DNA of 64,000 nt from positions 2,858 to 66,857 of the forward strand of contig JBFFML010000003.1 of assembly GCA_041554135.1 (NCBI GenBank), written 5' to 3'. Under the pieces are notes generated by a model, which saw only the letters and a list, made by a program, of their open reading frames with translations, did not search any database and was not told the DNA's origin. Below, piece by piece: positions 17,643 through 27,872 of the stretch; within the stretch, counting starts at the first letter, position 1; each line of letters opens with the position of its first letter. Origin of the DNA: Thermoplasmata archaeon (GTDB taxonomy: Archaea > Thermoplasmatota > Thermoplasmata > UBA10834). Made by a program: the position numbers and the translations under genes.

Positions 17643-19061
17643 ATGGCGAGGAAGATCGTCATCGTAGGCGGCGGCTGTGGTGGGGGGACCGCTGCCCAAT
17701 TTGCCAGGAAGACGGACAGCGGTTCAGAGATAACGATCATAGAGCGCGAGGTGTATCCGCAATACTCGAGGTGCGGCCTGCCCTACGGCATATCCGGCGT
17801 GATCCCAGAGCTCACCAACCTGATCGAGGCTCCGGAGGAGCGCCTGCGCAAGAGCAGAATAAGCGTCCACCTCGGGTCGACAGTGACGAAGGTGGACACC
17901 GAAGGCAAAATCGTCCATGTGTCGAAGCAGGAGGGCGATGAGCTGGAGCTGGAGTACGACTCCCTCGTCCTCGCCACCGGCGCGAAGGCGGTGGTCCCGC
18001 CGATCAAGGGCGCGTTCCGCGAAGGCGGCATGCCTGACGAGCTGAAGGAGGGGGTGTATGTCCTCAGGACGATAGAGGACGCCAGAGGCATCCAGTCCCT
18101 CGCCTCCAAGGGCAAGCGCGCGGTCGTCATCGGAGCCGGCCTCGTTGGCCTAGAGGTTGCGGAGGCGCTGCTGATCCGGGGCTGCAAGGTCACGGTCATC
18201 GAGTACCTCTCGAACTGCATCCTGGCCATGGTCGACGATGACATGGCGCAGATGATGGCGGCCGCGCTCGACAGGGACGGCGTCAAGCTGTTCACGGAGT
18301 ACGAGGCGACGGAGATACTCGGCGAGGAGAAGGCGAACTGCGTGGTGGCCAACGACCGGAAGACCGGCGAGGAGCGCACGTTCTATGCGGATGTCATCGT
18401 GTTCGCCACGGGCCAGCGGGGCGAGACGGACATCGCCAAGAGCATCGGCTGTGCGACGGGCCCGACGAGACAGATCTCGGTCGACGACCGCTGCGAGACG
18501 AGCGTCAAAGGGGTGTTCGCGGTGGGCGACTGCACCGAGTACCCTGAGTTCGTGACGGGCAAGCCGACCGTGAGCGGCCTCGGCACCATCGCGGTCAAGA
18601 TGGCCATGGTCGCCGGCGTCAACGCCGCGGGCGGGGACGAGAGGCTGCCCAAGGGTTTCCTGCAGACGAGGGCCACGGAGCCTTTCGGATGCCAGGTCGC
18701 CGCCGTGGGCCCGACCAGCGCGCAGCTGGAGCAGGCGGGGATGAAGCCGCTGATCGGCAAGGTGCGAGGGTTCACGCTGCCCGACTACTTCCCCGGCAGG
18801 AAGGAGATATACGTCAAGGTGCTCGCCCACCCGGAGGACGGCAGGATCCTCGGGGCGCAGATAGTCGGCGAGTCACGCGTGCACATGAGGATCAACGCCT
18901 ACGCGGCCGCCGTGCAGGCGGGGATGACCGTGCACGACTTCGCCAAGCTCGAGACGGCGTACTGCCCGCCAGCGGCGCCCACGATGGATGTAATCACGAT
19001 CGCCTGCGAGGCCGTGCGCGTGAAGATGAGACGGGCGAAAGCCCCGGCTGGCGGTCGATGA
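17643..19061 (+). CDS. CoA-disulfide reductase/NADH oxidase family flavoprotein
   Basis: IVIVGGGCGG, redox Cys in YSRCGLPY, VIGAGLVGLE, VFAVGDC, LETAYCPP. Confidence 0.9.
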   Translation: MARKIVIVGGGCGGGTAAQFARKTDSGSEITIIEREVYPQYSRCGLPYGISGVIPELTNLIEAPEERLRKSRISVHLGSTVTKVDTEGKIVHVSKQEGDELELEYDSLVLATGAKAVVPPIKGAFREGGMPDELKEGVYVLRTIEDARGIQSLASKGKRAVVIGAGLVGLEVAEALLIRGCKVTVIEYLSNCILAMVDDDMAQMMAAALDRDGVKLFTEYEATEILGEEKANCVVANDRKTGEERTFYADVIVFATGQRGETDIAKSIGCATGPTRQISVDDRCETSVKGVFAVGDCTEYPEFVTGKPTVSGLGTIAVKMAMVAGVNAAGGDERLPKGFLQTRATEPFGCQVAAVGPTSAQLEQAGMKPLIGKVRGFTLPDYFPGRKEIYVKVLAHPEDGRILGAQIVGESRVHMRINAYAAAVQAGMTVHDFAKLETAYCPPAAPTMDVITIACEAVRVKMRRAKAPAGGR

Positions 19062-19107
19062 TCGTCGTATGCCGCCGCGCGGCCGGGCGGCGATGCCGTC
19101 AAGGTTG

Positions 19108-19581
19108 TCAGAACAGTCCCTGGTAGCCGCCGGCGTCTATCTCCTCGATGACCTTCCTGGGGTCCTTGCCATCGACGGTGACGCCCATGGACACGCAGGT
19201 GCCGACGACCTCCCGGAAGCGCCCCCGCTTGTCCTTGGCCAGCATCGAGCCGGCCTTCATCTCGCCTATCTTCGCGACCTGCTGCACCGTGAGGTTGCCG
19301 ACGAAGTCCGAGTTGGGCTTCCCGCTACCCTTCTCGATGCCCAGCTCCTTCATTATGAGCGCGGTCGTGGGCGGGGTGCCGACCTTTATCTCGAACGCCT
19401 TGGTTTTCGAATCCACGATTAGCGTGACGGGCACCTTCATGCCTATGAACGCCTTCGTCTTCTCGTTTATCGCGCCGACCACCTGTATGACGTTCACTCC
19501 GAGCGGTCCCAGGGCGGGACCGAGCGGCGGACCGGGCGTGGCCTTGCCCCCGTCCACAAGAACCTCAAGCTTCTCTGGCAT
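19108..19581 (-). CDS. rpl11: 50S ribosomal protein uL11
   Basis: [30 protein letters not shown]. Confidence 0.96.
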   Translation of the reverse strand: MPEKLEVLVDGGKATPGPPLGPALGPLGVNVIQVVGAINEKTKAFIGMKVPVTLIVDSKTKAFEIKVGTPPTTALIMKELGIEKGSGKPNSDFVGNLTVQQVAKIGEMKAGSMLAKDKRGRFREVVGTCVSMGVTVDGKDPRKVIEEIDAGGYQGLF

Positions 19582-19586
19582 GGAAC

Positions 19587-20504
19587 TCACTTCTCCTTCT
19601 CAAGCACTCGCACATGGTCCCCTCTGATCGTCACCGGGATGGGAACCATCGCCTCGAACAACTCCACGGTGATCTCCTCTTTGGCCTCGTCGATCTGCTG
19701 GACCCTGGCCTTCTCGCCCTTGAACGGCCCCGCGATGAGCTCGACGATGTCGCCCTCGACGATGCCGGACACTATCGGTTTGGGGGTCAGGAAGTGCTCG
19801 ATCTCGCCGAAGCTCGTCTCGCCCTTCACCAACCCTCTGGTGCGTCTCACGCCCTTCACGACCTCCCGGAGCGCGTCCGTGTTCATCGCCTCGACGAACA
19901 CGTAGCCGCGTATCGTCGCCGGGGATAGTATCGCGAAAACGCCGATCGGCTTGCCCTTCGCCCTGCTGGCAAGCGAGTCGGCCACCGTCTTCTCGTGGCC
20001 TATCGAGGTCTTGACCGCGAGGATCGATTGCCTCGCGGACGCCTGGAGCGTGGCGACGTCCGACACGTTTGGATCGTCCTTCAGGCTCGCGCTCACGAGG
20101 ACGGTTATCTTGTCCCCGAAGCGCGCGCCGGTGGGCGACGTGATAGTGAGGGTGAATGTCTTCTCCTGCCCGGCCATGATGTCGAATGTGCGCTCGTCCT
20201 CCTGGTCGGCCGAGGGCGTGTTCTCCCAGACCACTCCTAGAGGGTCGAAGAGCTTCACAAACCACTCGGGCGACCCTTCCTCGGTCGCCGAGAAGAGCGT
20301 GTCGACCTTGATCACCACGGTGTGCGGCAGACCGTCCTCGGGTATCCTCAGAACCATGTCGAAGTCCGATGAGTCGCCCGACGCCATGCTGCGTTTTGAC
20401 TCCCCCGTCACCTGGAGCTTGAGCGTCTTGTCCATGGGCTGCGCTGGGGGTGCGCTCTTGTCCCTCTCCTTCTCGACCGGCTCTACGTCATCAAAGATTC
20501 CCAA
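19587..20504 (-). CDS. spt5: Transcription elongation factor Spt5 with N-terminal extension
   Basis: NGN ([20 protein letters not shown]) and KOW ([18 protein letters not shown]) domains; ~160 extra N-terminal residues. Confidence 0.93.
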   Translation of the reverse strand: MGIFDDVEPVEKERDKSAPPAQPMDKTLKLQVTGESKRSMASGDSSDFDMVLRIPEDGLPHTVVIKVDTLFSATEEGSPEWFVKLFDPLGVVWENTPSADQEDERTFDIMAGQEKTFTLTITSPTGARFGDKITVLVSASLKDDPNVSDVATLQASARQSILAVKTSIGHEKTVADSLASRAKGKPIGVFAILSPATIRGYVFVEAMNTDALREVVKGVRRTRGLVKGETSFGEIEHFLTPKPIVSGIVEGDIVELIAGPFKGEKARVQQIDEAKEEITVELFEAMVPIPVTIRGDHVRVLEKEK

Positions 20505-20550
20505 AACGATCCCTCGTTGAAGCGTTGGACGGAGTTCCCCTCAAGCGGCG

Positions 20551-20790
20551 CTAGCCGAAAGTCCTCACGACTATGTCGGCGCCGTACTCGAAGAGCCAGT
20601 AAATGAGGAAACCCAGGCCGCCCATGAGTATCAGACCTATCGCCACTATCTGGCTGATGCGGAGGTACTCCTCACCGGAGGGCTTCCTGGCCATCTTGAA
20701 CACACGGCCGTACTTGCCCTTGCCGATGTGCTTGGTCTTCTCCTCGATCCTCCTCTGGAGGTCCCAGGATTTCTCAATGATCTCACTCAT
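20551..20790 (-). CDS. secE: Protein translocase SecE/Sec61-gamma
   Basis: YGRVFKMARKPSGEEY plus one TM helix; canonical ftsZ-secE-spt5 context. Confidence 0.92.
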   Translation of the reverse strand: MSEIIEKSWDLQRRIEEKTKHIGKGKYGRVFKMARKPSGEEYLRISQIVAIGLILMGGLGFLIYWLFEYGADIVVRTFG

Positions 20791-20813
20791 CGCGGTCCTT
20801 CCTAGTACAGCAC

Positions 20814-21920
20814 CTACTTAATAAAGTCTAGTCCAAGGTCGCGGCCCTTCCTGTCCTTTGTGGGGCCGAATATGTGCTTCGATTTGACGCCGGTGATGAC
20901 CACCATGACGCGGATGGTGTCGACGAGCGTCTCGTCCACGGCGGCGCCCCAGATGATCCTCGCGTTGTCGTTTATCTTCGCCTGGATTATCTCGGCCACC
21001 TCCTCGGCCTCCTTGACGCTCATGTCGGGGCCCCCGGTCACGTTGACCAGCGCCGCCGTCGCCTCGCTTATGTCGAGCTCTATCAAGGGCGAGTTGATGG
21101 CCTCCGTCACGGCCGTGACGGCCCTGTCGTCGTCGTCGGCCTCTCCCAGACCTATCATGGCGACGCCGCCGGACTTCATGACTGTCTTTATGTCGTTGAA
21201 GTCGAGGTTCACGAGCCCGGGCTTCGTGACTATCTCCGTAATGCCTTTGATGGCTCTCATCAGCACCTCGTCGGCCACCTTGAAGGCGGCGTTGAGGGAC
21301 AGCTTGGGTACGAGGTCTATGAGCCTGTCGTTCGGTATCACGATGACGGTGTCGGCGACGCCCCTGAGCCTGTCCAGACCCCAGTCGGCGTTCTCTGCCC
21401 GGATGACGCCCTCCGCCTTGAACGGATAGGTGCATATCGCTATCGTCAGCGCGCCGAGCTCCTTCGCGATCTGCGCGACGAACGGCGCGGAGCCCGTGCC
21501 TGTGCCTCCGCCGAGCCCGCACGTTATGAACACGACGTCGGAGTCCTTCATGGCGGCCTTCAGCTCTTCCTCCGCCTCCCTGGCGGCCTCCTCGCCCACC
21601 TGCGGCAACGCGCCCGCGCCCAACCCACGAGTGACGCGCTTGCCGAGCAGTATCTTGTGCGGCGCCCTCGTCATGAGCAGATGCTGTGCGTCGGTGTTCG
21701 CCGCGTAGAGCTCAGCACCTATGATGCCGGCCTCGGCCAGGCGGTTTACCGTGTTGCAGCCTCCACCGCCGCAGCCGACTATCTTTATGTTGGTCCTGAG
21801 GTTCTGCAGTATCCTCTGCAGCTCCTCGTCCTCGGCGGTGAATGCCCGCATATCCTCGGGCAACTTCTTCTTGTGCTCCTCCTCCACGTCGGACAGGGCA
21901 CTCTCGATGAGCGATTTCAT
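20814..21920 (-). CDS. ftsZ: Cell division protein FtsZ (FtsZ1-type, copy A)
   Basis: [30 protein letters not shown]-terminal LGLDFIK. Confidence 0.95.
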   Translation of the reverse strand: MKSLIESALSDVEEEHKKKLPEDMRAFTAEDEELQRILQNLRTNIKIVGCGGGGCNTVNRLAEAGIIGAELYAANTDAQHLLMTRAPHKILLGKRVTRGLGAGALPQVGEEAAREAEEELKAAMKDSDVVFITCGLGGGTGTGSAPFVAQIAKELGALTIAICTYPFKAEGVIRAENADWGLDRLRGVADTVIVIPNDRLIDLVPKLSLNAAFKVADEVLMRAIKGITEIVTKPGLVNLDFNDIKTVMKSGGVAMIGLGEADDDDRAVTAVTEAINSPLIELDISEATAALVNVTGGPDMSVKEAEEVAEIIQAKINDNARIIWGAAVDETLVDTIRVMVVITGVKSKHIFGPTKDRKGRDLGLDFIK

Positions 21921-22044
21921 GTTCGACCTCCATCGTGCGTGAACCGTCAACTAGATGACAAAGCCAGGGGCCGGTCGAGCCCACGGGCTTTTTGACCGTA
22001 GCCGATTAGTTGTCTTAAAAGTTTCGGCAGACTGGAAAGGTCGT

Positions 22045-23166
22045 TCAGTGCACTTCGTCCAGCTCGCCAGCGCCCTTGAAGCGCTTGTCGCTGGGCTTCC
22101 CGAGGATCTGCTTCGACTTCACGCCCGTGGCCACGAGCATCACCTTGATCGTCTTGTCGAGCGCTGGATCGACGGCCGCGCCCCATATTATCCGGGCGTT
22201 GGGTCCGACTCTGGACTGTATCTCCTCCGCGGCCCTCTCGGCCTCTGCGATGGTCATGTCCGTGCCGCCTATGACGTCGACGAGCACGCCGTTCGCCTCG
22301 CTTATGTCCACCTCGAGCAGCGGCGAGTTGATGGCCTGGTCGATGGCCTCCTGTATCCTCTCCTCTCCGGGCGCGTCGGACTCGCCAAGCCCCATCATGG
22401 CGACGCCCGCGCCTTTCATCACGGTCTTGACGTCGTTGAAGTCCAGGTTGACTAGCCCCGGTCTGGTGATGACCTCGGTGAGGCCCTTGATGGACCTCAT
22501 GAGCACCTCGTCCGCGACCTTGAACGCGGCGTTGAGCGACAGCCTCGGCACGAGGTCGAGCAGCTTGTCGTTGGGGATGACGATGACGGTGTCGGAGGCG
22601 TCCCTGAGCCTGTCGAGACCCCACTCGGCGTTCTCCATCCTCATGCGCCCCTCGCCCCTGAACGGCACAGTCGCGATGGATATCGTGAGCGCGCCCATCT
22701 CCTTGGCCATACGCGCAACGACCGGTGCTCCGCCCGTTCCAGTGCCTCCGCCGAGCCCGCATGTGATGAAGCATATGTGCGTGTCCGCGAGGATCTTCTT
22801 AAGGTCGTCCTCGGCCTCCCTGGCCGCTTCCTCGCCGACCTGCGGCAGCGCGCCCGCGCCCAAGCCTCTGGTGACCCTCCTGCCAAGGAGTATCTTGTGC
22901 GGTACCCTCAGGACCAACAGGTGCTGCGCGTCGGTGTTGGCGGCGAATATCTCCGCGCCGACCACGCCCTCGTCGTATACACGAGCGATCGTGTTGGTTC
23001 CGGCTCCTCCGACTCCGATGATCTTGATGTTCGTCTTGAGGCTGCGGAGTATCTGCTCGAGCTCGGCGTCGACCCGCTGGTCCTGAAACACTCCGACGTC
23101 GCTCTCTCCACCGGTTCCCATCGTAGGCTCTCGTGCAAGCGCATCTTCGACTAGCGATCTCATCAT
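22045..23166 (-). CDS. ftsZ: Cell division protein FtsZ (FtsZ1-type, copy B)
   Basis: IGVGGAGTN, GGGTGTG, NLDFNDV; highly similar to the adjacent copy. Confidence 0.95.
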   Translation of the reverse strand: MMRSLVEDALAREPTMGTGGESDVGVFQDQRVDAELEQILRSLKTNIKIIGVGGAGTNTIARVYDEGVVGAEIFAANTDAQHLLVLRVPHKILLGRRVTRGLGAGALPQVGEEAAREAEDDLKKILADTHICFITCGLGGGTGTGGAPVVARMAKEMGALTISIATVPFRGEGRMRMENAEWGLDRLRDASDTVIVIPNDKLLDLVPRLSLNAAFKVADEVLMRSIKGLTEVITRPGLVNLDFNDVKTVMKGAGVAMMGLGESDAPGEERIQEAIDQAINSPLLEVDISEANGVLVDVIGGTDMTIAEAERAAEEIQSRVGPNARIIWGAAVDPALDKTIKVMLVATGVKSKQILGKPSDKRFKGAGELDEVH

Positions 23167-23386
23167 GCTGCGTCACCATCCCTGAGGCTCGATTTGTGAT
23201 GCACTTCGTACCGCTTAAGTGCATCCCTCGCGCGCGCCGCGCGCATTTTAATAAATCGCTATGTGGGTATAAATATGTTGTTCCAGGCGGGGGCTTGCGC
23301 GGGGATCGCCCCGAAGCGCAAGGGCGAGCCCTCTCGCGCGCCCCGTCGACGATACGTTTTTCGCCGTCCTATGCGATTGAATCCGA

Positions 23387-23662
23387 GTGAAGGTGAGGGT
23401 GAGGGTTGTCTTCGAAGGGCGCGTCCAGGGTGTATTCTTCAGGGCGAACACCCAGCGGGTCGCGGAATCCCTCGGCCTGGTCGGATGGGTCAGGAACACG
23501 GACGACGGCCGCGTCGAGGCGGTGTTCGAGGGGGAGGAGGAGACGGTGCGCAAGGCGATAGAGCGGTGCGAACACGAGCAGCCGTTCGCCGATGTCACGT
23601 CCAAGCGCGTGGAGTTCTCGGAACCGACGAGGGAGTTCCGCAGGTTCTCGATCGTGCATTGA
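23387..23662 (+). CDS. acyP: Acylphosphatase
   Basis: [21 protein letters not shown]. Confidence 0.93.
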   Translation: MKVRVRVVFEGRVQGVFFRANTQRVAESLGLVGWVRNTDDGRVEAVFEGEEETVRKAIERCEHEQPFADVTSKRVEFSEPTREFRRFSIVH

Positions 23663-23677
23663 GCGTCATGGCTGCCC

Positions 23678-24865
23678 TCATTTTACGACGATGATGTAAG
23701 CGAGCGCGACCCCGGCGAGGGCGAGCGTCGCGATGAGGTCGAACCCGAGCACGAGCGCCACGATGACGAAGCCGACGCCGAAGACCTTCCCGCTGTTCAG
23801 GAAGAACTCGCGGAGGAGCACGCCCTTCTTCTTGAACCTCTCGAGCTTGTCCACGAGCATCGTGAAGAGGAACGACGGTATCATCGCGATCCAGAAGTAC
23901 GCGATGCTTATGGCGGTGAGGTACTCGTGAGGGCTCCCAGCGTACGCCGCGAACAGCACGCTTATCCCGCCGAAGGTTGCGCCGATCCTCACTATCGACG
24001 CCCTGTCGTGCAGCCGGTCGGAGAGATAGCCCAACGCGACCGTGGCCACGGCGCCCCAGAGGGCGAACAGGGAGAGATAGCCGCTCAGGGCGGCCTCGTT
24101 CTTGGCGAACTCGAAGCTGATGACAGGGATCGCTACCCAGAACACGCCGTCCTGGACGCCCTCGGCGAACAGCGCGGAGCATATCCTCCAGTCGATGCCC
24201 TTGAGGTCGAGGTCCACGTTGAACCGGCCGACGAGGTTCAGCTTCAACGACTGCAGCAACTCTGGTATGATTATCCTGCGCCTTATGCGCCACAGTATCT
24301 TGAAGCGTGATATGTAGAACAGGTCGAGGAGCGTCAGCGCGGCGCCCACCGAGAAGAGCATCTGGTACGAGTGGTATGTTATTATGAGTCCACCGAGGAG
24401 CGGGGCGACCGTCGTCAGCAGGGGGAATATGAGGAAATAGGCGCCTATGCCGGCACCGCGCTTCTTGCGCGAGGTTATGTGCATGACGAGCGCGAAGTAC
24501 GGCACCCAGAACGTGGCGATGTATGTCCCGAAGAAGAGCGGCGGTATGAGCACGAGGTGCCACCCGTCCAGGAAGATCAGCGCGATGTAGTACATCGCGA
24601 GGCATATCAGCGAAGTGGTTATCGACGCGGGGAAGTTCTTCAGTATGGGCCTCGACGCGAAGGCCATGATCACAGTCGGCACAGCGGCGCTGATGAATAT
24701 GAATATCGCGCAATCGAGGTAGCTGTGCCCCTCCCTTATCAGGTAGATGAGGGCGAAGGCGTTCGCGAGCGTGTTCGCGAACGCCACGAGCGTCTGGACG
24801 ATCACCAGTGATCCGTGCCTGTGCGAGAGCGCCAGGACGTAGTGTTTGAAGTGGGCCTGAGCCAT
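23678..24865 (-). CDS. MFS-type transporter
   Basis: About 12 hydrophobic segments; GYLSDR loop motif. Confidence 0.8.
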   Translation of the reverse strand: MAQAHFKHYVLALSHRHGSLVIVQTLVAFANTLANAFALIYLIREGHSYLDCAIFIFISAAVPTVIMAFASRPILKNFPASITTSLICLAMYYIALIFLDGWHLVLIPPLFFGTYIATFWVPYFALVMHITSRKKRGAGIGAYFLIFPLLTTVAPLLGGLIITYHSYQMLFSVGAALTLLDLFYISRFKILWRIRRRIIIPELLQSLKLNLVGRFNVDLDLKGIDWRICSALFAEGVQDGVFWVAIPVISFEFAKNEAALSGYLSLFALWGAVATVALGYLSDRLHDRASIVRIGATFGGISVLFAAYAGSPHEYLTAISIAYFWIAMIPSFLFTMLVDKLERFKKKGVLLREFFLNSGKVFGVGFVIVALVLGFDLIATLALAGVALAYIIVVK

Positions 24866-24940
24866 CGGCTGATCCTCTTCGACCCATCATGCTCTCAGGT
24901 TATTCATACGGTTTTCGTTCCGTCGCGACACGGGTGAGCG

Positions 24941-25783
24941 TCATCCGAAGGCGGACCCGTATGTGCGCCTCGGGTTCCGGACGTGTATCTCGTGCGCCTG
25001 TCCCTCTGTCATCGTCCCCGACTCAAGCAGCGCCAGCGTCCTCTTGGGCACGGTCGTTATGGCCAGGACGGCGCCGGGCCTGTCCGGATCGTCGAGGAAG
25101 TCCGTCTCCATCATGAACCGCGACCCTTTCGACAACGCTTGGGGGACGGCGTCCCTGCTTGCGAGGACCGATGGCATGAGCCCGAAGTTCTCCTTGGGCA
25201 GCACGGCGGGCGGACAGTAGTGCTTCACGACCCGCCCTCTGGCGAGCCCCGCGGCGTCTGCCATCCCCGCCAGGTCCTTCATGGTCTCCACGGTGCCGCT
25301 CTCGGTGTGGAGAACTATCGCGCAATCGGCGTCGCGCGCCAGCGCCATCGCGTACGAGAGGATGTCGTTCGATGCGTCCCAGATGTCCCCGGGCACGTCG
25401 AAGTGCGGCCTGCCCACCTCGCCTATCGCGAGCGCCTTGCCCTCCGTGACATACTCGGCCGCTATGTCCATGCCGGCCATCATCGTCTCCTTGGCCCGGT
25501 CGAGGCCGAACCTCTTCGCGAGGCCGAGGAGGTCGACCGGGTACGGGCCTACGGTCGCATAGGCCTTCACCGATGTCTCGGCGTTCACGCGCCCGACCAT
25601 CGACACGGTGATGTCGAAGCTCCTGCGATAATCATCAGCCGAGCTCACCGGGATCTCGCCATACGGCTGATGCGACACGACGATGTGCGTCCCGCCCCGC
25701 CGCTCGAAATCCCTGACGGCGTCGATGTTCCTCCCCTTGTAGGGCTCCAGGTGAACGTGGTTGTCCAGTATCGGCACTGACAT
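24941..25783 (-). CDS. TatD-family metal-dependent hydrolase
   Basis: DNHVHL, AIGEVGRPH, VLHTES, VKHY, METDFLDD. Confidence 0.87.
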   Translation of the reverse strand: MSVPILDNHVHLEPYKGRNIDAVRDFERRGGTHIVVSHQPYGEIPVSSADDYRRSFDITVSMVGRVNAETSVKAYATVGPYPVDLLGLAKRFGLDRAKETMMAGMDIAAEYVTEGKALAIGEVGRPHFDVPGDIWDASNDILSYAMALARDADCAIVLHTESGTVETMKDLAGMADAAGLARGRVVKHYCPPAVLPKENFGLMPSVLASRDAVPQALSKGSRFMMETDFLDDPDRPGAVLAITTVPKRTLALLESGTMTEGQAHEIHVRNPRRTYGSAFG

Positions 25784-25797
25784 GCGGAGCTCTCTCG

Positions 25798-26346
25798 TCA
25801 CCTGAGCAGTCCTGCGGCCTTCAGCTCCTCTGTTATCTTGTCCACGGCGGCCTCGACGTCCTCCGGCTTCCTCGCCCCCGTGCAAACGAGCTTCCCGCTG
25901 CCGAACAGGAGGACCACGACCTTCGGCACATCGATCCTGTAGACGAGCCCCGGGAACTGCTCGGGCTCGTACTCGACCTTCTCGAGCCCCAGGCTGATAG
26001 CTATCGCGTTTAGGTTTATCTGGGCGCCGAGGTCGCTCGACGCGACGATGTTCTGAACCTCGATCTTGGGCTCTATCTTGATCACTATGCCCGCAGCCTC
26101 TATCTGCTTGGCCACCTTGCTGATGGCCGTCTTGACCTGCTCGAGGCTCTTTGCGCCCGTGCACACGACCTTGCCGCTCCTGAAGAGCAGCGTGGCCGTC
26201 TTCGGCTCCTTCAACCTGTATATCAGGCCCGGGAACTGCTCGGGCTCGTACTCCGCACCGTCAAGCGCCAGCGCTATCGCCTGAAGGTCCAACTCCCCAC
26301 CGAGAGACGTTGACGCGACAACGTTCTCTATCTTTATAACCGCCAT
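25798..26346 (-). CDS. tbp: TATA-box binding protein
   Basis: Two repeats of NVVAS...EYEPEQFPGLIYR...LF.SGK.VCTGA. Confidence 0.97.
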   Translation of the reverse strand: MAVIKIENVVASTSLGGELDLQAIALALDGAEYEPEQFPGLIYRLKEPKTATLLFRSGKVVCTGAKSLEQVKTAISKVAKQIEAAGIVIKIEPKIEVQNIVASSDLGAQINLNAIAISLGLEKVEYEPEQFPGLVYRIDVPKVVVLLFGSGKLVCTGARKPEDVEAAVDKITEELKAAGLLR

Positions 26347-26366
26347 AAAATCTCCACCGGCCTGCC

Positions 26367-26390
26367 GGTATTTAAATAGGTATTTAAATA
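26367..26390 (-). promoter_or_regulatory. Tandem duplicated TATA box upstream of tbp
   Basis: Perfect 12-bp direct repeat (TATTTAAATACC x2 on the minus strand) just upstream of SD GGTGGAG. Confidence 0.7.
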
Positions 26391-26588
26391 AGTTTCCGGG
26401 AAAGGTACGTTTCCAGTGGACTTCCCCGCTCTGTCTGGCTTCTGTCCTTGTCGAACTCGGGAGGCCGTTCTGCGGCTCTGAGCGAACAGGCGTCCGATTA
26501 CCGGCGATTCCTGGCTCGGACATCGGCATACGCCGAAAACGTGTGCGGCCTAGCACTGACCCGGGAATCCGGTTTCGGAGGCATTATT

Positions 26589-27872
26589 CTACCTTCTTAG
26601 CATGGCGAGGAGTCCCCGCCTCATCCCGAGCGCCTTCCGGTCTATCCTGCCCGTGAGGAGCCTGTCCGTCCTGAATATCCATATCGTGATGCCGATCATC
26701 ACGGCGGCGAACACGGCGACGTAGGCTATGCCCGCGATGACCAGGCCATAGTCGTCGAACATCAAGGCCCTCATCGCCATCATTGGGTGGGAGAACGGTA
26801 TCGCGAAGAGCACGGCCTGACCCGCCAGCGGCAGCGTGTTGAAGTCCTTGAATATGATCATGAACATCGGGACCATTGCGAGGAACGTGATGGGCATGGT
26901 CAGAGTCTGGGCCGATTTGTAGTTCTTCGCGAATGTCCCGAGGACCATGCACATCGACAACGCCGCTATCAGCGTTATGAACAGCGACGCGCCGACGAGG
27001 ACGTAGTCGATCGGGCTAAGCACGAGGCCATACTCGGCGAGGTCGACGGTGGTCGAGCCGGTGAACGCACTCATGTAGTAGTTGAATCCCACCATGTATA
27101 TGGCGGCCATCACTAGCCCGATGAGCGCCCCTGCCACGAGCTTCCCCGTCACGATCGAGCTGCGTCGGACGGGGAGCGTCAGCAACGTCTCGAGCGTCTT
27201 GTTCTCTTTCTCCATACCCATCGACGATATGACCGTCCCGCCGGCTGCCATTATCAGCATCATGATGACGAGTGGCACCATGAACGATTGAGCGGACATG
27301 ATGCCGCTAAGATCGCCTGGGGATATGCCGTCCATCTCCTTGTCGCCGAAGATAGTCACCTCGCTTCTGCCAGTCGGCGACAGCGCGAGCTCCGCGTCGA
27401 CGGACGCGTTCATCTCTATTAGGTGAAGGGAGATGGCACGGTCCACGTGCCAGAGAACCGCGTCCACCGTCGAGGACGAGATGGAGTCCATGAGACCGGC
27501 ACCCCTCATCACCCAGTATATCTCTATCATACCAGGCGAGCCAGAGAGGATGTTCTCCGTGAACGTGGAAGGTATCCGCAGGACAGCGACGCCGTCGTAT
27601 TCGCGTACAGCCTCCAACCCCTCTTCCACATCCGTCCCGTTGTACACAAGCCTAGCATGCTCTAATACCGTCTCGAAAGCGACTGAGGCGAGCTCGCCAT
27701 CGTCCTCGATGGTCAGTCCCACGATGGGCTTGCTGGTGGCCTCCTCCTCCACGCCGCTGAGCATGTTGCCCATGGCGCCGAAGAGGATCGCGATGACCAC
27801 AACCGGGAGTATCGTGGAGCGCGTAAACATCTCCCTGATCTCCTTCCTGAGGATGTTGAGCGTGCTCTTCAT
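26589..27872 (-). CDS. ABC-2 type exporter permease (NatB-like)
   Basis: EKENKTLETLLTLPV, GKLVA, AIPFSHP; N-terminal TM, large loop, C-terminal TMs. Confidence 0.88.
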   Translation of the reverse strand: MKSTLNILRKEIREMFTRSTILPVVVIAILFGAMGNMLSGVEEEATSKPIVGLTIEDDGELASVAFETVLEHARLVYNGTDVEEGLEAVREYDGVAVLRIPSTFTENILSGSPGMIEIYWVMRGAGLMDSISSSTVDAVLWHVDRAISLHLIEMNASVDAELALSPTGRSEVTIFGDKEMDGISPGDLSGIMSAQSFMVPLVIMMLIMAAGGTVISSMGMEKENKTLETLLTLPVRRSSIVTGKLVAGALIGLVMAAIYMVGFNYYMSAFTGSTTVDLAEYGLVLSPIDYVLVGASLFITLIAALSMCMVLGTFAKNYKSAQTLTMPITFLAMVPMFMIIFKDFNTLPLAGQAVLFAIPFSHPMMAMRALMFDDYGLVIAGIAYVAVFAAVMIGITIWIFRTDRLLTGRIDRKALGMRRGLLAMLRR

